Notes: generated by a model from the sequence alone, not told the origin. A stretch of DNA of 64,000 bases from Bacteroidales bacterium (GCA_031276035.1 JAISNV010000001.1:140062-204061); one strand, 5' to 3'; counted from the first letter of the stretch, positions 19,361-29,327 are shown. A program made the numbers and translations.

Positions 19361-20863
19361 ATGAAAAAGTTAAATATAGTAATCGTTTTACTGTGTATAA
19401 GTTTAGGCTTAATAGCTCAAACACATGAAGAAGCATTGAGGTACTCAAGATTAAATTACGCAACAGGTAATGCTAAATCAACTTCAATGGCAGGTTCATT
19501 AGGAGCGCTCGGCGCTAATTTTTCTTCTTTATCCATTAATCCTGCCGGTATAGGGGTTTATAGAAAATCCGAATTGACCTTTACACCTTCTATAATGTAT
19601 TCTACCTCCGCATCAGATTATTTGGGTAACAAACGCACTGATGAAGCTATTAACTTTAATATTGGTAATTTCGGACTGGTTTTTGCAATTCCAAGCTCAG
19701 GAGCAGCGGCTCAAAACGGATTCGAATATTTTCAATTCGGAGTTGGTGTCAATAGAACCAATAATTTTAAGAGAGATGTTTTGATGAAGGGATTTAATGA
19801 AACAAGTTCTATTACTACTCAATGGGCAATGGAAGCAACTGCAAACAATCCGAATATTCAATTTGATAGTAACGGAAACCCGATTTTAAATCTCGATCCT
19901 CTTACTACACAGCTGGCATTCAAAAATGATGTATTATTTCTTGGAGAAGATAGTAATGGTAATTTAATTATTATGTCTGATATGGAAGGCGGACAAGTTG
20001 AGCAAACAATTAGAATGATTACATCGGGTTCTATGAACGAATTTGTTATTTCGGGAGGATTTAATTATCTTGATAAATTATATGTTGGAGCAACTTTAGG
20101 AGTACCATACTTTTCTTATAGAGAAGATTTTCGAATAACCGAAGAAGATACTAAAGATAGAACTCAATTTTTTGAGTCTATGAGGTATACTACTTATTTA
20201 CATACATCCGGAGTAGGTGTTAATTTTAAGATAGGCGCAATATACAAACCTATTTCTTGGCTAAGAATAGGGCTTGCATTACATACGCCAACCAGATACA
20301 GTATGGATGACGATTATAATGCTGAAATTTTATCTTATATTGATTTAAGCGGAAATGGTAATTATGAAGGAGCATCTGACCATGCATCGGGCGATTATTC
20401 CTACGTTTTAAGAACACCTTTAAGATTAATCGGAAGCTTGGGCTTTGTTATAGGAAAACACGGTTCTGTTAATGTAGATTACACCTTCCAAGATTATTCA
20501 AGCGCTAAATTTAAAGACAAAGATTATACTTATGATTATACAAATCAGTTAATTAGTGAAAATTACGGAATCGGTCATAATATTGGTGTAGGTACAGAAT
20601 GGATTTTCGGAATGTTTAGAGCAAGGGCCGGTTTCGCTTATGAAACCTCACCTTATACTTCCGAAGAGGTAAATTCAGGTGGAGAACGCATGACTATTGG
20701 CGCGGGCGTAGGTTTAAGTTTCGGACAATTCTATACAGATTTTGGGTACGCTCTTATTACTGAAGATATTGATTTTTATCCCTATAGCAGAGATTATGTT
20801 GACGCATCGAAGAATAAATATAATACTAACCAGTTCCAATTAACATTCGGATTTAGATTTTAA
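19361..20863 (+). CDS. Outer-membrane beta-barrel, FadL/OmpP1/PorV superfamily-like
   Basis: 500 aa with a signal peptide '...LGLIAQ'. The N-terminal segment 'GNAKSTSMAGSLGALGANFSSLSINPAGIGVY' carries the FadL-type 'NPAG' motif. Amphipathic strands alternate, and the terminus '...QFQLTFGFRF' ends in an aromatic residue. Confidence 0.6.
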   Translation: MKKLNIVIVLLCISLGLIAQTHEEALRYSRLNYATGNAKSTSMAGSLGALGANFSSLSINPAGIGVYRKSELTFTPSIMYSTSASDYLGNKRTDEAINFNIGNFGLVFAIPSSGAAAQNGFEYFQFGVGVNRTNNFKRDVLMKGFNETSSITTQWAMEATANNPNIQFDSNGNPILNLDPLTTQLAFKNDVLFLGEDSNGNLIIMSDMEGGQVEQTIRMITSGSMNEFVISGGFNYLDKLYVGATLGVPYFSYREDFRITEEDTKDRTQFFESMRYTTYLHTSGVGVNFKIGAIYKPISWLRIGLALHTPTRYSMDDDYNAEILSYIDLSGNGNYEGASDHASGDYSYVLRTPLRLIGSLGFVIGKHGSVNVDYTFQDYSSAKFKDKDYTYDYTNQLISENYGIGHNIGVGTEWIFGMFRARAGFAYETSPYTSEEVNSGGERMTIGAGVGLSFGQFYTDFGYALITEDIDFYPYSRDYVDASKNKYNTNQFQLTFGFRF

Positions 20864-20897
20864 TTGGAAGTTGGAAGTTTTTATAAGGTGAATAAGG

Positions 20898-20933
20898 AAT
20901 CCCATGTTAAATATTGTATTTCATGGGATTTTT
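20898..20933 (+). terminator. Hairpin between the convergent OMP and rdgB genes
   Basis: A 9-bp stem, aatcccatg (20898-20906) with catgggatt (20922-20930), followed by ttt. Confidence 0.5.
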
Positions 20934-20974
20934 AATTTCACTTAGAAATAATAATACTTGTTCTTTTTAAACTT

Positions 20975-21559
20975 TCATCTTTTATCCGACAATAAAAAAA
21001 TTTTCAGTTCATCAAGAGCTTTACCTCTATGACTGATTTTATTTTTTGTTTCTAAAGAAAGTTCGGCAAATGTTTCACTAAAATTTTCAGGAACAAAAAC
21101 CGGATCATACCCAAACCCTCCTACTCCTTTCGGCGTTTCAATTATCGTACCGTTGACAATCCCTTTGAAAATATGTTTCTTCCCATCAAGGATTAAACAA
21201 ACAATAGTAAGAAATCGTGCTTTTCTATTTTCTTTACCTTGCATTTCGTGAAGAAGTTTATTCACATTATCTTCATAAGTAACGTGCTCGCCGGCATATC
21301 TAGAAGAATAAACACCCGGAGCACCATTTAATACTTCAACTTCCAAACCAGTGTCATCTGCAAAAACATTGACATTATATTTATCAAAAATACATTCGGC
21401 CTTAATTATTGCATTTCCCTCGATTGTATCGGCAGTTTCATCAATTTCTTCGTTGAAACCCAATTCTTCAAGAGAAATAATTTCAATACCCGTACCTATA
21501 AGTTTTGTTTTGGCTTCTTCAAGTTTGTGTTTATTGTTTGTGGCAAATACTAATTTCAT
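20975..21559 (-). CDS. rdgB: Non-canonical purine NTP pyrophosphatase (dITP/XTP), RdgB/HAM1 family
   Basis: 194 aa with 'KLVFATNNKHKLEE', 'DDTGLEVEVLNGAPGVYSSRYAG' and 'GGFGYDPVF'. Confidence 0.92.
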   Translation of the reverse strand: MKLVFATNNKHKLEEAKTKLIGTGIEIISLEELGFNEEIDETADTIEGNAIIKAECIFDKYNVNVFADDTGLEVEVLNGAPGVYSSRYAGEHVTYEDNVNKLLHEMQGKENRKARFLTIVCLILDGKKHIFKGIVNGTIIETPKGVGGFGYDPVFVPENFSETFAELSLETKNKISHRGKALDELKIFLLSDKR

Positions 21560-21620
21560 TTTAGTTCAAGGTTTTAAATTTAAGGGTTCAAAAGTTTTTC
21601 TGATTTAATTAAGCACTTAT

Positions 21621-21628
21621 CAAATATA
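21621..21628 (-). promoter_or_regulatory. -7 box TATATTTG upstream of rdgB
   Basis: Plus-strand CAAATATA, about 62 nt upstream of the rdgB ATG. Confidence 0.4.
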
Positions 21629-21723
21629 TCTTTCAATCAAAATATTTTTACATTATAATATAACTAATAAATATTTTTGTCAGATTCCGACTTCAATTAT
21701 TCATTAACTCTACAATTTAATCA

Positions 21724-23226
21724 TCATTTCATAAGTACATCAAAATCTGTCTTGATTTTTTCTTTCCTTACGAAATCATACAAAGTTAATCTTCTGATTT
21801 GAAAATAATTTATCCAATATTGCTGCAAAGCGGAAATATATCCTTTTTGATTACTGTCTTTATCGGCAAGGGAACTATTCAGTTCAGTAATATCAATTGT
21901 TCCGATTAAATATCTTTGTTTGGTAAATTCATAACGTTTTTGTGCTACTGTATCGCTTTTTGCTGCAATCATTAATTGACTGTATTGTATATTAAACTGT
22001 TTTGCTTTAATATAAATTTCCTGATTAAAGTCAATAATATCCTGTTCAACAGTTGTTTTAACTAACTCCATTTGGGATTCCGCCATTTTAATTTGACCTT
22101 TCGCACGTCCCCAATCAAGAATCGGAACGTTTATTCCAACCATAGCTACTTGTCTTTGTTCCGGGTTTCTATATGCTTGCGGAAAAGTCGGAGCAGTTTT
22201 GTCAAGCCCGTAAGTTAGCGACAAATCCATAGAGAACCTTCCTTCGCGTTTTGCTTTTACCAAAGCTTGTTCCGCTTCAATCAGTTGCCGCTCATAAGAA
22301 AGAATATCCGATCTATTTTCATTAGCTTGAAGGACAGCGTCTTCCGCATTAATTTCAAGTTGCGGAATGATTATCGGAGGAATTAATTCAATCTCAGCAT
22401 CTTCCTTAATTCTTAAGAAAGATTTCAAATCAAAGAGTTTCATCTCCAAATCTAATTTCGCCGTTTCAAGTTGCGATTTAGAATTAAGATAATTCAATTC
22501 CATATTAAGAACTTCATTCTCGGCAATCGTACCCATCAAATAACGTCCCTGAGCTATTTGATGCAAAGTATCATTATTGGCAAGATTAGTTTCTTGAATA
22601 GATTTATTCATCTGAGTCAGTAAACAACTGAAAAAATAATTTGCTGCCGTAATTGTCACATCTTCCATCGCTTCGAGATACGACTGTCTCGCTTCCTGAA
22701 ATTTTATCGGTTCAATTTTTCTTTCCCATTTATAAGAATTATATCCGAAAATAGGTTGAGTGTAACGAATATTTATCGGTGCGGAAGAGAAAAACATAGT
22801 ATCCTCTTTGAAATTCATAGTATAACCGAGGTTTGTAAAAATTGAAATATTACCGCCGGTAAATCCTATGGCCTGATCAATCCCGAGGCTGAGATCGGAA
22901 TATAATTGGTTATATCTTACAAATTCGGAACCATCGACCGCATCTATTAATTTATTTTGATTTTGAAATTGAAGCGGATTTCCGTAGAGCGATACTTGCG
23001 GCATATAATTAGCCTTGAAATATCTGTATTGCCAATAGCTGTTTCTGAAACGATGTCTCGCTGTCATTGCGCTTGGCGATTGCTGCTGGGCTATTTGAAT
23101 AACATCTTCGAGGGTTAATCGTGTTACTTGCGGATTATATTGATTTCCTTGAGGAAATGCGAAACAAGGTATTAAAAGAAGTAATAATATGATATTTTTT
23201 TTCATAATCTTGTTTGTTTTATTCAT
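21724..23226 (-). CDS. TolC-family outer-membrane efflux protein
   Basis: 500 aa. The signal peptide begins at the internal 'MKKNIILLLLLIPCFAFPQ', so the start may be 23205. The protein has two coiled-coil/barrel repeats. The longest ORF overlaps the upstream FtsX gene by 8 nt. Confidence 0.8.
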   Translation of the reverse strand: MNKTNKIMKKNIILLLLLIPCFAFPQGNQYNPQVTRLTLEDVIQIAQQQSPSAMTARHRFRNSYWQYRYFKANYMPQVSLYGNPLQFQNQNKLIDAVDGSEFVRYNQLYSDLSLGIDQAIGFTGGNISIFTNLGYTMNFKEDTMFFSSAPINIRYTQPIFGYNSYKWERKIEPIKFQEARQSYLEAMEDVTITAANYFFSCLLTQMNKSIQETNLANNDTLHQIAQGRYLMGTIAENEVLNMELNYLNSKSQLETAKLDLEMKLFDLKSFLRIKEDAEIELIPPIIIPQLEINAEDAVLQANENRSDILSYERQLIEAEQALVKAKREGRFSMDLSLTYGLDKTAPTFPQAYRNPEQRQVAMVGINVPILDWGRAKGQIKMAESQMELVKTTVEQDIIDFNQEIYIKAKQFNIQYSQLMIAAKSDTVAQKRYEFTKQRYLIGTIDITELNSSLADKDSNQKGYISALQQYWINYFQIRRLTLYDFVRKEKIKTDFDVLMK

Positions 23227-24589
23227 ATCGAAGTGATTCTACAGGATTTTGATTAGCTGCTTTTTTAGCCGGCATATAACCGAAACAAATTCCTATTGTT
23301 GCGGAAACTCCGAAAGAAATTAATATTGAACTGAATGACACGATAGTCAGAATATCCGTAATCGATGTTATCATTTTCGAAATGGCGTAGCCTAACAGAA
23401 TACCTACAATTCCGCCTATGAGGCTTATTATGGTTGCTTCCGAAAGAAACTGAAATACAATATCTTTTTTTGTAGCGCCGATAGCAAGCCGAGTTCCAAT
23501 TTCTTTAGTACGTTCCATTACTGAGGCCAGCATGATATTCATAATACCGATACCGCCGACTATAAGTGAAATGCTTGCAATTGCACCCAGTACGATATTG
23601 AAAATATCTTTTGTTCTTTGTTCTTGTTTGAGAAGAACTTCCGGTATTGTAATCGTAAAATCTTCAAGATCACTATGACGTCTTCTCAACATTTTAGTAA
23701 TTAACTCAGCCGTTTGCACAATATCATCAGTATTTTCAACATGCACAACCAACTTATCAATCTGATTATTACCCGAATCTTTCGAAGAACTTCTCACACT
23801 CGACATTGAAATAACGGAATTTCCATCCGTAACAACAGTTGTACTGCTCGCACTTTTAATATTAGCCGAAGTTACAACCGACCTATCCATATATCTCAAC
23901 AAAACAGTTTGTATAGGCGCATAGATTCCTTCATTATAATTTGAAATTCCAAAATCTTGCCCGGAAGAGGCGTTCATTGCCATTTTTTCTATTACACCTA
24001 TAACTTTAAGATTAATGTTTCCACATTTTATGTATTTTCCGATAGGATCAGAATCAGTAAAGAATTTAGATTTAATATTAGAACCGATTATACAAACAGG
24101 TGCTCCGGTAACTACTTGTTCCTGAGTAAAAATCTGTCCTTCCGAAATATTAACATTGAATATTGAGAAAAATTCCGGCATTACTCCTGAAAGTGTAACA
24201 TTAGCCGATTTTCCGGATGATACTGCCAGAACCTCGTAAATAACTTCAGGACTAACCATTGCAACTGTAGGAATATGTTCTATAATTGCTTCTCCATCTG
24301 TTATAGACAATCCTTTGGAAAACTTTTTCTGCATCGACTTATTACCTTCGGTTTGGCTGTCTCCCAGATCCGATTTAGGAGTAATAATAATATTATTAAC
24401 TCCAACATATTTCATTTGGTCGATAATTTCTTTACGGGCTCCCTTACCGATAGCGAGCATGGCAATTACTGCGCCAACTCCGAAGATAATTCCAAGTGCC
24501 GTAAGAAAGGATCGGAATTTATTTGCCATAACCGCATCTACGGCCATCGACAAATTGTATATGTATCTTTGATATTTGTTGGTTTTCAT
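23219..24589 (-). CDS. ABC-transporter permease, MacB/FtsX type, with one periplasmic core domain plus 4 TM and no fused ATPase
   Basis: 456 aa. The N-terminal TM 'FLTALGIIFGVGAVIAMLAI' is followed by a large extracytoplasmic domain. The C-terminal FtsX module is '...ASISLIVGGIGIMNIMLASVMERTKEIGTRLAIGA...'. Confidence 0.85.
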   Translation of the reverse strand: MKTNKYQRYIYNLSMAVDAVMANKFRSFLTALGIIFGVGAVIAMLAIGKGARKEIIDQMKYVGVNNIIITPKSDLGDSQTEGNKSMQKKFSKGLSITDGEAIIEHIPTVAMVSPEVIYEVLAVSSGKSANVTLSGVMPEFFSIFNVNISEGQIFTQEQVVTGAPVCIIGSNIKSKFFTDSDPIGKYIKCGNINLKVIGVIEKMAMNASSGQDFGISNYNEGIYAPIQTVLLRYMDRSVVTSANIKSASSTTVVTDGNSVISMSSVRSSSKDSGNNQIDKLVVHVENTDDIVQTAELITKMLRRRHSDLEDFTITIPEVLLKQEQRTKDIFNIVLGAIASISLIVGGIGIMNIMLASVMERTKEIGTRLAIGATKKDIVFQFLSEATIISLIGGIVGILLGYAISKMITSITDILTIVSFSSILISFGVSATIGICFGYMPAKKAANQNPVESLRYE

Positions 24590-24706
24590 CGTTCTAAAGT
24601 TCTATTAATTATATTGTAACTCGATAATGAATTACTTTATCACTAAGCTTTTCATATTGATGTAATTTCGAACCCATACTCCAAAACTCAAAACCCGGAA
24701 TATTTA

Positions 24707-25939
24707 TCATAATGTTTTCAATACTTTTTTATCTGAATTTTCCGGCGGAAGCAGATATATTTTATCACTTTCAGATAATCCGTTAAGAATTACTATCTCA
24801 TTTTCATTACTTTTTCCAAGTTTAACTTCCTGTTTATTTCCTGAAGTAGTATAAACAAACGGGATTCCGTTTTCAGTATAAACACATTCTATCGGAATAA
24901 ACAAAACATTCGGAACTTTATCTGTACTTATATAATTAACAGTTGTCATTGCCGGTCGAAGAACTGAATCATATTCATGAACGGAAATCAATACTTCAAA
25001 AACTTTAGCATTCGAACCCGAAACCTGTTCTCCGATATTTGCAACCGACTCTACAGTTCCCGTAAAGATTTTTTCAGGAAATGCTTCAACAGTAATATTA
25101 ACATCTTGACCTTTTTTCACCTTACTCACATCAACTTCATTAACATAGGTTTTACTAACCATATTAGTAAGATCCGGTAATTCGGCAACTATCGGCTCCC
25201 ATGTGCTTATTTGCGACCCAATGCCAATTTTTGAGCCATCCCAATCTTTCCGGTAAACAAGCATCCCAGATTTGGGAGCATAAATTGTAAATTGTTTGAT
25301 AAGAGTATTGATTTGTTCTAATCGTCTTTCTGTTTTATTCTTTGTAGCAGTTATTTCCTGCATATTGGCAAGCGCAGTCTGATATTTCAACTCATAGTTT
25401 TCTATCGATTGATTTAAAGACCTTTGCGCTTTATCAAGATTTATTTCATATTGTCTGATAGTTGCCGGCGGCTCAAATTTAGATTGTTCTAAAGTTATTT
25501 TTGCTTCTTCCACAGCATATTTAAGGTTGATAAGTTCATCTCTTGCCGTGCGCAAAGTCATTGAAGTATCAAGTGTTGTCTTAGTATAAGTTGTGAGGTT
25601 TTGTTCGTAAGTATCTTCAATATCTTTCAACGAATTAGTAATTTCGGATTTGCTGAGAGAAGCAACCCATTGCCCAGAGTCAACCACAGTACCATCAGTC
25701 ACCATATTTTCAATAGTAAGATTCCAAAGTCTGAAATTACGTGCATCTGCAGGACCCATGATCTTTTCCGAATTTTTAGATTCAAGCTCTCCTGTTGTTA
25801 CTACATCAATATTAAAGTCGCCGGACTTGACGGAAACAACGAAGTTTTCCATTGTTGAACTGCTGTCACGACTTATCAGCCAAATGACTACGCCGATTAT
25901 GACAACTGCTGCAATTAAGTAATAATATTTTTTTTTCAC
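24707..25939 (-). CDS. Periplasmic adaptor (HlyD/MacA family membrane-fusion protein)
   Basis: 410 aa with a single N-terminal TM, a long coiled-coil middle region and beta-barrel-type C-terminal domains. Confidence 0.8.
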   Translation of the reverse strand: MKKKYYYLIAAVVIIGVVIWLISRDSSSTMENFVVSVKSGDFNIDVVTTGELESKNSEKIMGPADARNFRLWNLTIENMVTDGTVVDSGQWVASLSKSEITNSLKDIEDTYEQNLTTYTKTTLDTSMTLRTARDELINLKYAVEEAKITLEQSKFEPPATIRQYEINLDKAQRSLNQSIENYELKYQTALANMQEITATKNKTERRLEQINTLIKQFTIYAPKSGMLVYRKDWDGSKIGIGSQISTWEPIVAELPDLTNMVSKTYVNEVDVSKVKKGQDVNITVEAFPEKIFTGTVESVANIGEQVSGSNAKVFEVLISVHEYDSVLRPAMTTVNYISTDKVPNVLFIPIECVYTENGIPFVYTTSGNKQEVKLGKSNENEIVILNGLSESDKIYLLPPENSDKKVLKTL

Positions 25940-25951
25940 AGTGTATAAATT

Positions 25952-26695
25952 TTATTTAGCAAAAATAATTGAAATAATTATGTAAATCAATAAGATCCAA
26001 ATTAATGAATCATTAAACCCTAAAAAGATTATCAGTAATAAGGAACATATTGCAAATATGTAAGTTAGATAATTATTCTTAAAACTAAATGATTTAAATT
26101 TAAAGGATAAAAATTTAATCTTTGATAACATCAATAAACTTAGAAGTACAGATATTAAAGCAAGAATTGCAAGAGCAACAATTAAATCCATAGATTGAAG
26201 TATGGGCAATGTATGCGAGTTAAGTATAATTGCAGCTACAAACATTGCTGCGGCCGGACTGGATAATCCATAGAAAACAGATAATGTTTGTTCTTCAGTA
26301 TTAAATTTAGCAAGTCGAAATGCTGCAGCAATAGGAATTATTATTGCTATAGCAGGAATAAAAAGCATATATTGATTGCTGCCGCCAAAAAGCAATAATG
26401 ACGACATTGTGGTGGCATCGACGGCAAACATTAGCTTAAACATCAAAACGCCGGGTAAAACGCCGAAAGATACTACATCACTCAAAGAATCTAATTCCTT
26501 TCCAATTTTGGAATATGCGTTTAGCAAGCGTGCCGCAAGTCCATCTAAAAGGTCGAAAAAAGCCGCGAGGAACATCAAGTAGCAAGCAATAAGAGGCATT
26601 GAAAAATGCAATGCAACGATAATTCCAATTACTCCGCAAGATAAATTCAGCGCAGTAAAGATATTAGGAATTGAGTTTTTAATTGATTTTGACAT
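25952..26695 (-). CDS. pssA: CDP-alcohol phosphatidyltransferase, probably CDP-diacylglycerol-serine O-phosphatidyltransferase
   Basis: A 247-aa polytopic protein. The motif 'DLLDGLAARLLNAYSKIGKELDSLSD' matches D-G-x2-A-R-x8-G-x3-D-x3-D. Confidence 0.8.
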   Translation of the reverse strand: MSKSIKNSIPNIFTALNLSCGVIGIIVALHFSMPLIACYLMFLAAFFDLLDGLAARLLNAYSKIGKELDSLSDVVSFGVLPGVLMFKLMFAVDATTMSSLLLFGGSNQYMLFIPAIAIIIPIAAAFRLAKFNTEEQTLSVFYGLSSPAAAMFVAAIILNSHTLPILQSMDLIVALAILALISVLLSLLMLSKIKFLSFKFKSFSFKNNYLTYIFAICSLLLIIFLGFNDSLIWILLIYIIISIIFAK

Positions 26696-26698
26696 AAT

Positions 26699-27673
26699 TT
26701 ATTTATTTAGTGCTTGGTCTATTAACATAGTTATAAAATCCTTCAATTCAACGCCGTACTCTTTTAACTGTTTAGGAATTATACTTATAGCCGACATTCC
26801 GGGGACAGCATTAACTTCAAGAAAATAAATATTTTTATCATTCACAATATAATCAACACGAATAACACCGGTGCAATTTAGCATATTGTATATCAAATTA
26901 GTATAAGCGGAAATGGCAATTGTAGTTTCTTCATCGACATTTGCGGGAGTAATTTCATCAGAAAACGAATCGGTATATTTAGCTTCATAATCAAAAAATT
27001 CCTTTTTAGAAACCACTTCCGTAATAGGAAGAATATTCATTATTTCGCCGTCTTTGTATGCCCCGCAGGTAAACTCACGGCCAGAAATAAACTCTTCAAT
27101 AAGCACCTCATCGTCTTCTTTAAAAGCATTTTCAATAGCAACGATTAATTCGTCAATATTATGAGCTTTGGAAATCCCGACACTCGAGCCGTTTTTATTC
27201 GGTTTGACGAAACATGGAATACCAAGTTTCTCAACAATTTCATCTTGCGGGTAATAATTCTTCTTATTAAGAATATAAGATTTAGCCACCGGCACGCCAA
27301 AAGAAGAAACTATCGATTTGCAATAAAATTTGTTGAAAGTTGTAGCGGCAACAAACATATTACAACCAGTATAAGGAATATTCAAAAGATCAAAATAAGC
27401 CAAGAGTTTTCCGTCTTCGCCGGGTGTTCCGTGAATCATGGGAAAAACAACATCAAAATTAATTTTCTTACCGGCAATAATCAAGGAAAAATCGGATTTA
27501 TCTACTTGAATACTCTTATCATCAGCATAATACCAAGATGATTTTTCAATAATTACCGGATAAACATCAAATTTTTTCTTATCGATATTTTCGACAATTG
27601 TTTTTCCGCTTTTAATAGAGATTTCATATTCTCCGGAAAAGCCACCCAAAAGCAGGGCAATATTTTTTTTCAT
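26699..27673 (-). CDS. ddl: D-alanine--D-alanine ligase
   Basis: A 324-aa ATP-grasp protein with 'IALLLGGFSGEYEISIKSG', 'FPMIHGTPGEDGKL' and 'YFLEVNAVPGMS'. Confidence 0.92.
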   Translation of the reverse strand: MKKNIALLLGGFSGEYEISIKSGKTIVENIDKKKFDVYPVIIEKSSWYYADDKSIQVDKSDFSLIIAGKKINFDVVFPMIHGTPGEDGKLLAYFDLLNIPYTGCNMFVAATTFNKFYCKSIVSSFGVPVAKSYILNKKNYYPQDEIVEKLGIPCFVKPNKNGSSVGISKAHNIDELIVAIENAFKEDDEVLIEEFISGREFTCGAYKDGEIMNILPITEVVSKKEFFDYEAKYTDSFSDEITPANVDEETTIAISAYTNLIYNMLNCTGVIRVDYIVNDKNIYFLEVNAVPGMSAISIIPKQLKEYGVELKDFITMLIDQALNK

Positions 27674-27776
27674 ATTAAAATATATTAATACATTGATTAG
27701 TAATCATCTATTTAACATATAACATCACGGATTATTAATTCGATTTGAATTTGTTTGCCACGATATTTTTCTTTCA

Positions 27777-29129
27777 TTAACCCGGATAGATAACTAATTT
27801 CTGTCCTATTTTTAAATTATCAGATTTTAATTTATTCCAATCTTTAATTTTTCCAACTGAAGTATGATATTTTTTTGCGATAACACTTAGACTTTCGCCT
27901 TGTCTTACAATATGAACATTTGCTTCGGAAGCCCTTTTAATTTCCGCCTGCATTTTTTCTTTGTATTTACCTGATTCTGTTTTATGTGCGAATACTATTT
28001 CTTCGTTTGAAAGAAAATCCAATAAATCTTTTATAGGTAATTTTAAAGAGTATGCCTGTTGCTGTGTTGCAGGAATAATATCCATTTTATATGTCGGATT
28101 TAGAAACCTGATAGTTTCAATAGGCGTTCCGACGATTTCGTTAATTTGTTCGAACGACAATACTTCGTTAATCATTACAGTATCTGTTTCATAAGCAAGA
28201 AGCGTAGGTTCCGTCGGATAAATATTATGTTCGATATTATAATTCATAATGTAAACAACCGCTGAAAAGGCGGGGACATAACCGCGGGTTTCTCTCGGAA
28301 GATAAGGCCAAATCAACCAATAATTCTTTTTGCCGCCGGCACGCCTGATGGCCTTATTAACATTTCCTACGCCGGAGTTATAAGCAGCGAGAGCCAAAAG
28401 CCAGTCATCATAAATATTATATAAATCTTTCAAATGTTGGCACGCGGCTTCCGTAGATTTATAAGGATCGAATCTATCGTCAACATAAGAAGTTTGTTTT
28501 AATCCGTACAATTTTCCCGTTCCATACATAAACTGCCAGAGACCTTTTGCACCGGCGCGTGAGCCTGCAATCGGATTTAAAGCTGATTCTACAACCGGCA
28601 AATATTTGAGTTCGAGAGGAAGGCCATGCCTGTCAAGCGCTTCTTCAAAAATAGGGAAATACACCTCAGCAAGTCCAAGCATTTTAGATGTTGTTGCTCT
28701 GCGTTTCACGGCATAAGCATTAATATAATTTTGAACCTCCTTATTATAAACAAGTTCAATAGGTGTTTGCAAATTAATACATTGCATTCTTTCAATATAA
28801 ACAGAATCGCTCCAAACAGGAATATAATTTTGTTCAAAATTGTAAATATTTAATTTCTCAACATCAGTTGAAAAGTTTATTCTGGCGTTGATAAGTTCAT
28901 TGAGCAGATTATCAAGCAGCTCGAAGACGTCATATTCGGTTAGAGTAGAATCGTTAACGATTGAATCTGCCGAAATTTGATAATAATTTAATTGATTTAG
29001 GATATTAGTACTTTCAGGGAAGTTATTGAACACATCATTCGGAACTTTTACGAAAATTGAGTCTGGATTTGAAAATAATTGAATACTAATAAATAACGAA
29101 ACAAAAAAGGAAATTAATTTATTTTTCAT
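27777..29129 (-). CDS. Membrane-bound lytic murein transglycosylase (MltD-like) with a C-terminal LysM domain
   Basis: The start is taken at the internal ATG 29129 ('MKNKLISFFVSLFISIQLFS' signal peptide). The SLT catalytic region is 'PVVESALNPIAGSRAGAKGLWQFMYGTG' and the LysM is 'HIVRQGESLSVIAKKYHTSVGKIKDWNKL'. The longer track ORF (to 29249) would run into a terminator hairpin. Confidence 0.85.
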   Translation of the reverse strand: MKNKLISFFVSLFISIQLFSNPDSIFVKVPNDVFNNFPESTNILNQLNYYQISADSIVNDSTLTEYDVFELLDNLLNELINARINFSTDVEKLNIYNFEQNYIPVWSDSVYIERMQCINLQTPIELVYNKEVQNYINAYAVKRRATTSKMLGLAEVYFPIFEEALDRHGLPLELKYLPVVESALNPIAGSRAGAKGLWQFMYGTGKLYGLKQTSYVDDRFDPYKSTEAACQHLKDLYNIYDDWLLALAAYNSGVGNVNKAIRRAGGKKNYWLIWPYLPRETRGYVPAFSAVVYIMNYNIEHNIYPTEPTLLAYETDTVMINEVLSFEQINEIVGTPIETIRFLNPTYKMDIIPATQQQAYSLKLPIKDLLDFLSNEEIVFAHKTESGKYKEKMQAEIKRASEANVHIVRQGESLSVIAKKYHTSVGKIKDWNKLKSDNLKIGQKLVIYPG

Positions 29130-29240
29130 AGTTGCGCACAAAATTAAAGTGCGAATATACAAAAGAATAAACAAATAACAAATAACAATTATAAGGTTTT
29201 TCAATGATAAAATCGATATAAGGGATAAAGTGGATAAAAT

Positions 29241-29307
29241 AAAAAACAAATCGCATAATCAAGAAAATTTACTATACCAAAAATATAATTTTCTTGATTA
29301 TGCGATT
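29241..29307 (-). terminator. Strong rho-independent terminator after the ABC ATPase-permease operon
   Basis: A 21-bp perfect inverted repeat, aatcgcataatcaagaaaatt (29249-29269) with aattttcttgattatgcgatt (29287-29307), and a 17-nt loop. On the minus strand it is followed by tgtttttt. Confidence 0.75.
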
Positions 29308-29327
29308 AGACTATAAATAATTAATTC

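Noticed and set aside
29130-29249. A 40-codon N-terminal extension of the lytic transglycosylase ORF. Similar extensions occur at 35031-35060, 49435-49488, 54040-54084, 57087-57125 and 60918-60944.
   Set aside because: The extensions start at TTG or other weak codons and run through a terminator hairpin, a promoter box, a tRNA or the neighbouring gene. In each case an internal ATG gives a canonical N-terminus (a signal peptide, a Rossmann motif, or 'MKAFIFPGQGAQ').
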